DNA of 32,000 nt from Bdellovibrionales bacterium (lineage in GTDB: Bacteria > Bdellovibrionota > Bdellovibrionia > Bdellovibrionales > UBA1609): assembly GCA_965247685.1 (NCBI GenBank), contig OZ252021.1, positions 570,001-602,000 on the forward strand, in the 5' to 3' direction. Shown piece by piece: positions 28,574 through 32,000 of this stretch (positions are counted from its first letter, which is position 1; each line of letters starts with the position of its first letter). Position numbers and translations under genes: made by a program. Below the pieces are notes generated by a model that had not been told where the DNA came from, did not search any database, and saw only the letters and a list, made by a program, of their open reading frames with translations.

Positions 28574-30067
28574 ATGAGTTCAGAATCGAGCAATATAAAA
28601 GAAGGTAGAAGCTCTTTTAAAAATGAAAGGAAAAGAGATGACTATAAACACTCCCGTCGTGGATCTAAGTTTAGATCCAGTAGTAGATACCATAAAGATA
28701 GAAATGGGAATTCAGAGAATAATCGTTTTTCTAAAAATGATTCAGACTACGAATTTTTAAATAATAATTCGGAGCCAGTCGATCTGACTGGGATTTCTTT
28801 AACCGATCAGGAAAAGGAAGCTTTAGAGTTTAAAAACTTAAAATCAAAAGATATTCGAGAGATTACAGCCTTGGCTCAGAAACTGAAAATAGAAAGCCCA
28901 GCTTCCATGAGAAGACAAGATATGGTGTTTGAAATTCTAAAAAGAGCAGCTCAGTTAGGTGATATTTTTGGAAACGGAGTGCTGGAAATTTTACCAGATG
29001 GATATGGATTTTTACGTTCGCCAGATTATAACTATTTGCCTGGTGTAGATGATATTTATGTGAGTCCTTCTCAAATTCGTCGTTTTGGTCTTAGGACAGG
29101 AGACTTTATTAATGGAACAATTCGTCCTCCTAAAGAGGGTGAAAGATACTTTGCTTTTCTTAAAGCTGAAAACTTGAATAATGAAGGTCAAAACAAAATA
29201 GCAGATAGGATTTTCTTTGATAATCTCACTCCTCTTTATCCTGAAGACCGGCTTAAATTAGAATGGGATCCCTCTGAAATGACAACTCGGGTGGTAGATT
29301 TAATGGCTCCTTTAGGTAAAGGTCAAAGAGCTTTAATTGTTGCTCCTCCTCGGACTGGGAAAACAGTTTTGTTACAAAATATTGCTAATGCTGTGGCAAA
29401 AAATCATGAAGATGCTCATCTTATTGTTTTACTTATTGATGAAAGGCCTGAAGAAGTGACAGATATGCTAAGAAGTGTGAAAGGAGAAGTTATCTCTTCT
29501 ACCTTTGATGAACCTCCATCTCGTCATGTGCAAGTGGCGAATATGGTGATTGAAAGAGCAAAACGACTTGTAGAAAACAAGCAAGATGTTGTGATATTAC
29601 TCGATTCCATTACTCGATTAGCTCGTGCTTACAATACGGTGATTCCTCCATCTGGTAAAATTTTATCTGGTGGCGTGGATTCAAATGCCTTACATAAACC
29701 AAAGAGATTTTTTGGAGCAGCTCGAAATATCGAAGAGGGGGGAAGTTTGACTATCATTGCGACTGCACTTGTAGATACAGGTTCTCGTATGGATGAAGTT
29801 ATTTTTGAAGAATTTAAAGGAACAGGTAACTCTGAAATTCAATTGGATCGCAAACTTATGGAAAAACGAATTTTCCCTTGTATGGATATTAACAGATCCG
29901 GTACACGTAAGGAAGATCTATTGGTTTCAGAAAACGAATTGAATCGTATGTGGGTTTTGAGAAAAGTACTTGCTCCTATGAATGTGATAGACAGTATGGA
30001 GTTTCTATTGGATAAATTAAAATCTGCAAAGGTAAACTCTGATTTTCTAAATAACATGAGTAATTAA
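28574..30067 (+). CDS. rho: Transcription termination factor Rho, with an N-terminal extension
   Basis: 497 aa. From about residue 85 it is collinear with canonical Rho: primary RNA-binding domain ([43 protein letters not shown]), Walker A PPRTGKT, Q and R loops, and [11 protein letters not shown]. No in-frame ATG/GTG/TTG exists between codon 1 and the conserved region. Confidence 0.97.
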   Translation: MSSESSNIKEGRSSFKNERKRDDYKHSRRGSKFRSSSRYHKDRNGNSENNRFSKNDSDYEFLNNNSEPVDLTGISLTDQEKEALEFKNLKSKDIREITALAQKLKIESPASMRRQDMVFEILKRAAQLGDIFGNGVLEILPDGYGFLRSPDYNYLPGVDDIYVSPSQIRRFGLRTGDFINGTIRPPKEGERYFAFLKAENLNNEGQNKIADRIFFDNLTPLYPEDRLKLEWDPSEMTTRVVDLMAPLGKGQRALIVAPPRTGKTVLLQNIANAVAKNHEDAHLIVLLIDERPEEVTDMLRSVKGEVISSTFDEPPSRHVQVANMVIERAKRLVENKQDVVILLDSITRLARAYNTVIPPSGKILSGGVDSNALHKPKRFFGAARNIEEGGSLTIIATALVDTGSRMDEVIFEEFKGTGNSEIQLDRKLMEKRIFPCMDINRSGTRKEDLLVSENELNRMWVLRKVLAPMNVIDSMEFLLDKLKSAKVNSDFLNNMSN

Positions 30068-30104
30068 TTTATTTTGCAACAAAATAGAGTGCCAATGGAT
30101 TCAA

Positions 30105-31160
30105 ATGTGGGATCAACTAAAAGAGATGGAGAAGCAATACTGCGAGCTTGAAGAGCAGTTGCAAAGTCACAATCTTCTTAAAGATAAACAACAATATCAA
30201 AAGATTATTACTGAACATGCTAAATTTAAACACACTGTGGAATTATATAGAGATTATAAGTCTTTAGAGGAGTCCTTAAAAGAACATTTGAAAATGAAAG
30301 AAGAGGATGTAGATTTAGCTCCTTTAGTTGAAGAAGAAATTCGACTAATTCAAAAAAAAATAAAGTATAAAGAAGAAGAATTAAGAGGTATTTTTCAAAG
30401 TAAATCCAAAGATGTTTTAGATCAAAAGAATGTAATTATAGAACTCAGAGCTGGTGCAGGTGGAGAAGAGGCGGGGTTATTTTGTAGAGAATTATTTCAG
30501 TCCTATGAAAAGTACGCTTATTCTAAGAATTGGAAAGTAGATATGCTTTCATGCTCTCTTCTTCCTTCAGGGGGATTTAGAGAAGTCATTGCAAAAATTA
30601 ATGGAAAAGATGTCTATGCACATATGAAATTTGAAAGAGGAGTTCACCGAGTACAAAGAGTTCCTCAAACAGAATCCCAAGGTCGTGTACATACATCAAC
30701 AATCACAGTAGCTGTTTTACCGGAAGCAAGTCCCAAAGATGTTCAAATTAAAATGGAAGATGTGCGTGTAGATTACTATCGTTCTAGCGGAGCAGGGGGG
30801 CAGCATGTAAATACCACAGACTCTGCCGTTCGCCTCACTCATAAACCCACTAAAATTACAGTATCTTGCCAAGATGAAAAATCTCAACATGCCAATAAGG
30901 ATAAAGCTTTTAAAATTTTATATGCTCGATTATTTGCTTTTGTTGAAGAAGAAAAAAGAAAAAAAGATTCTCAAATGAGGCTCCAACAAATCGGAACAGG
31001 AGATCGATCAGAAAAAATTAGAACTTATAACTTTCCTCAAAGTCGGGTGACAGACCATCGAATTTCAATAAGTCTACATTCTTTAGATCGAGTGATGAAA
31101 GGAGATATGGATCTATTGATTCAACCACTTATAGAGGAATCCAATAAGTTAAAAGTGTGA
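30105..31160 (+). CDS. prfA: Peptide chain release factor 1
   Basis: 351 aa. GGQ motif (SGAGGQHVNTTDSAVRLTH) and an RF1-type PxT tripeptide context (RVPQTESQGRVHTS). Confidence 0.97.
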   Translation: MWDQLKEMEKQYCELEEQLQSHNLLKDKQQYQKIITEHAKFKHTVELYRDYKSLEESLKEHLKMKEEDVDLAPLVEEEIRLIQKKIKYKEEELRGIFQSKSKDVLDQKNVIIELRAGAGGEEAGLFCRELFQSYEKYAYSKNWKVDMLSCSLLPSGGFREVIAKINGKDVYAHMKFERGVHRVQRVPQTESQGRVHTSTITVAVLPEASPKDVQIKMEDVRVDYYRSSGAGGQHVNTTDSAVRLTHKPTKITVSCQDEKSQHANKDKAFKILYARLFAFVEEEKRKKDSQMRLQQIGTGDRSEKIRTYNFPQSRVTDHRISISLHSLDRVMKGDMDLLIQPLIEESNKLKV

Positions 31161-31182
31161 GTGGATAGATTTCAGGAGTAAA

Positions 31183-32000
31183 ATGACAACTGTTGGACAA
31201 TGGATTAAAATTCCCTCTTTTATTTCTTCTTTTAATAAAGAATATATTCTTCAAAGTCTTTTAAAAAAGACAAAGAGTGAACTTTATCTTTCTTGGAATA
31301 CTGTTCTCACAAAAGATCAACTCAAGAAATGCTCTATAGCTTTATCTTTATGTGAAAAAGGAGTGCCTTTAGCTTATGTTTTTAAAGAAACTAATTTTTA
31401 CTCATCTACTTTTCAAGTAAATAAAAATGTTTTCATCCCACGCATAGATACAGAAGTACTTATAGATGTTGTTTTACATCAGATAAAAACTCCGCCTCAG
31501 CATTTTATGGATTGGGGATGCGGCAGCGGTTGTATTGGTTTAAGTTTGCTCAGAAAATGGTCTACATCCCATTTAATTTCTATTGATAAAAGTCAGGAAG
31601 CTATTTCTTGCACTCAAAACAATGCTTCAGCTTTAAATTTTCATGACAACAGCTTTTCTTCTCTTCACCAAGATGTTTTTTTTTTAGAAACAAAAAAGTT
31701 TCCACCTATTTCTTTAATAGTGGCTAACCCTCCTTACATTGCTTGGGAAGATCCCTATTTAGACAGTCAAGTTAAGATGTATGAACCACATGCAGCTTTA
31801 TTTTCAGGGGGGACAGGATTAGAATGTATTGAAGACTGGATTGAAAAAGCGATTGAATTTTTATCTTTACAAGGAGGAGATTATATTTTTGAAATTGGAT
31901 TTGACCAATTTAAAAAGGTAAAGCGAATAATTCAAAAATACCCATTGATTTGTTATTCTAAATTTTATAAAGATTACCAACAACATCATCGAGTCGTTCA
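31183..32000 (+). CDS. prmC: Release factor glutamine N5-methyltransferase PrmC/HemK (3' end truncated by the window edge)
   Basis: Not in the ORF track because there is no stop in the window. I translated 272 codons by hand from ATG 31183 (CAGGAG SD at 31173-31178). SAM motif DWGCGSGCIG, catalytic NPPY (IVANPPYI) and EPHAALFSG. It is directly downstream of prfA. Confidence 0.9.
   Translation, partial: MTTVGQWIKIPSFISSFNKEYILQSLLKKTKSELYLSWNTVLTKDQLKKCSIALSLCEKGVPLAYVFKETNFYSSTFQVNKNVFIPRIDTEVLIDVVLHQIKTPPQHFMDWGCGSGCIGLSLLRKWSTSHLISIDKSQEAISCTQNNASALNFHDNSFSSLHQDVFFLETKKFPPISLIVANPPYIAWEDPYLDSQVKMYEPHAALFSGGTGLECIEDWIEKAIEFLSLQGGDYIFEIGFDQFKKVKRIIQKYPLICYSKFYKDYQQHHRVV

Noticed and set aside
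29839-30057. 72-aa minus-strand ORF antisense to the rho 3' end
   Set aside because: It is a shadow ORF inside a highly conserved gene.
31676-31685. Homopolymer tracts in coding sequence: T10 in prmC (31676-31685), A9 in parB (1541-1549), A8 runs in the b' gene
   Set aside because: They could in principle be slippage or phase-variation sites. However, they sit in essential housekeeping genes that read through in frame, and such runs are expected from Lys/Phe codons in an AT-rich genome.

Overview
This is an AT-rich, densely packed stretch of core bacterial chromosome. I call 31 protein genes, one of them truncated at the right edge and missing from the ORF track, plus one tRNA. In order: parA-parB-bactofilin; an F1Fo ATP synthase operon (b'-b-delta-alpha-gamma-beta-epsilon, with no a or c genes here); alaS; an orphan PilT/PilU-type pilus retraction ATPase; pncC(cinA-C)-recA; tadA; the rpsU-yqeY-dnaG-rpoD macromolecular-synthesis operon followed by a tRNA(CAU); a small predicted beta-barrel outer-membrane protein; lon; a chaperone-linked minus-strand cluster (grpE, a J-domain co-chaperone, an LpoA/LppC-like lipoprotein); one uncharacterised 195-aa protein; tatA-tatC; asnS; rho; and prfA-prmC. 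The standard genetic code fits throughout, and most genes have AGGAG-type Shine-Dalgarno sites. The parAB-bactofilin-atp order, the Gram-negative envelope genes and the low GC remind me of Bdellovibrionota/Oligoflexia-like bacteria, but that placement is only inference. I see no transposases, integrases, CRISPR arrays, toxin-antitoxin pairs, restriction or other defence genes, and no large unexplained non-coding block. I therefore regard this as an ordinary housekeeping region and do not claim a novel system. The observations worth a second look are modest: an ~84-aa basic, low-complexity N-terminal extension on Rho; a perfect 26-bp tandem duplication carrying TTGACA boxes in the rho upstream region; a 97-nt out-of-frame overlap between the J-protein and LpoA-like genes; a basic rather than acidic RecA C-terminal tail; a perfect palindrome over the putative alaS promoter; and the unassignable 195-aa protein upstream of tatAC.
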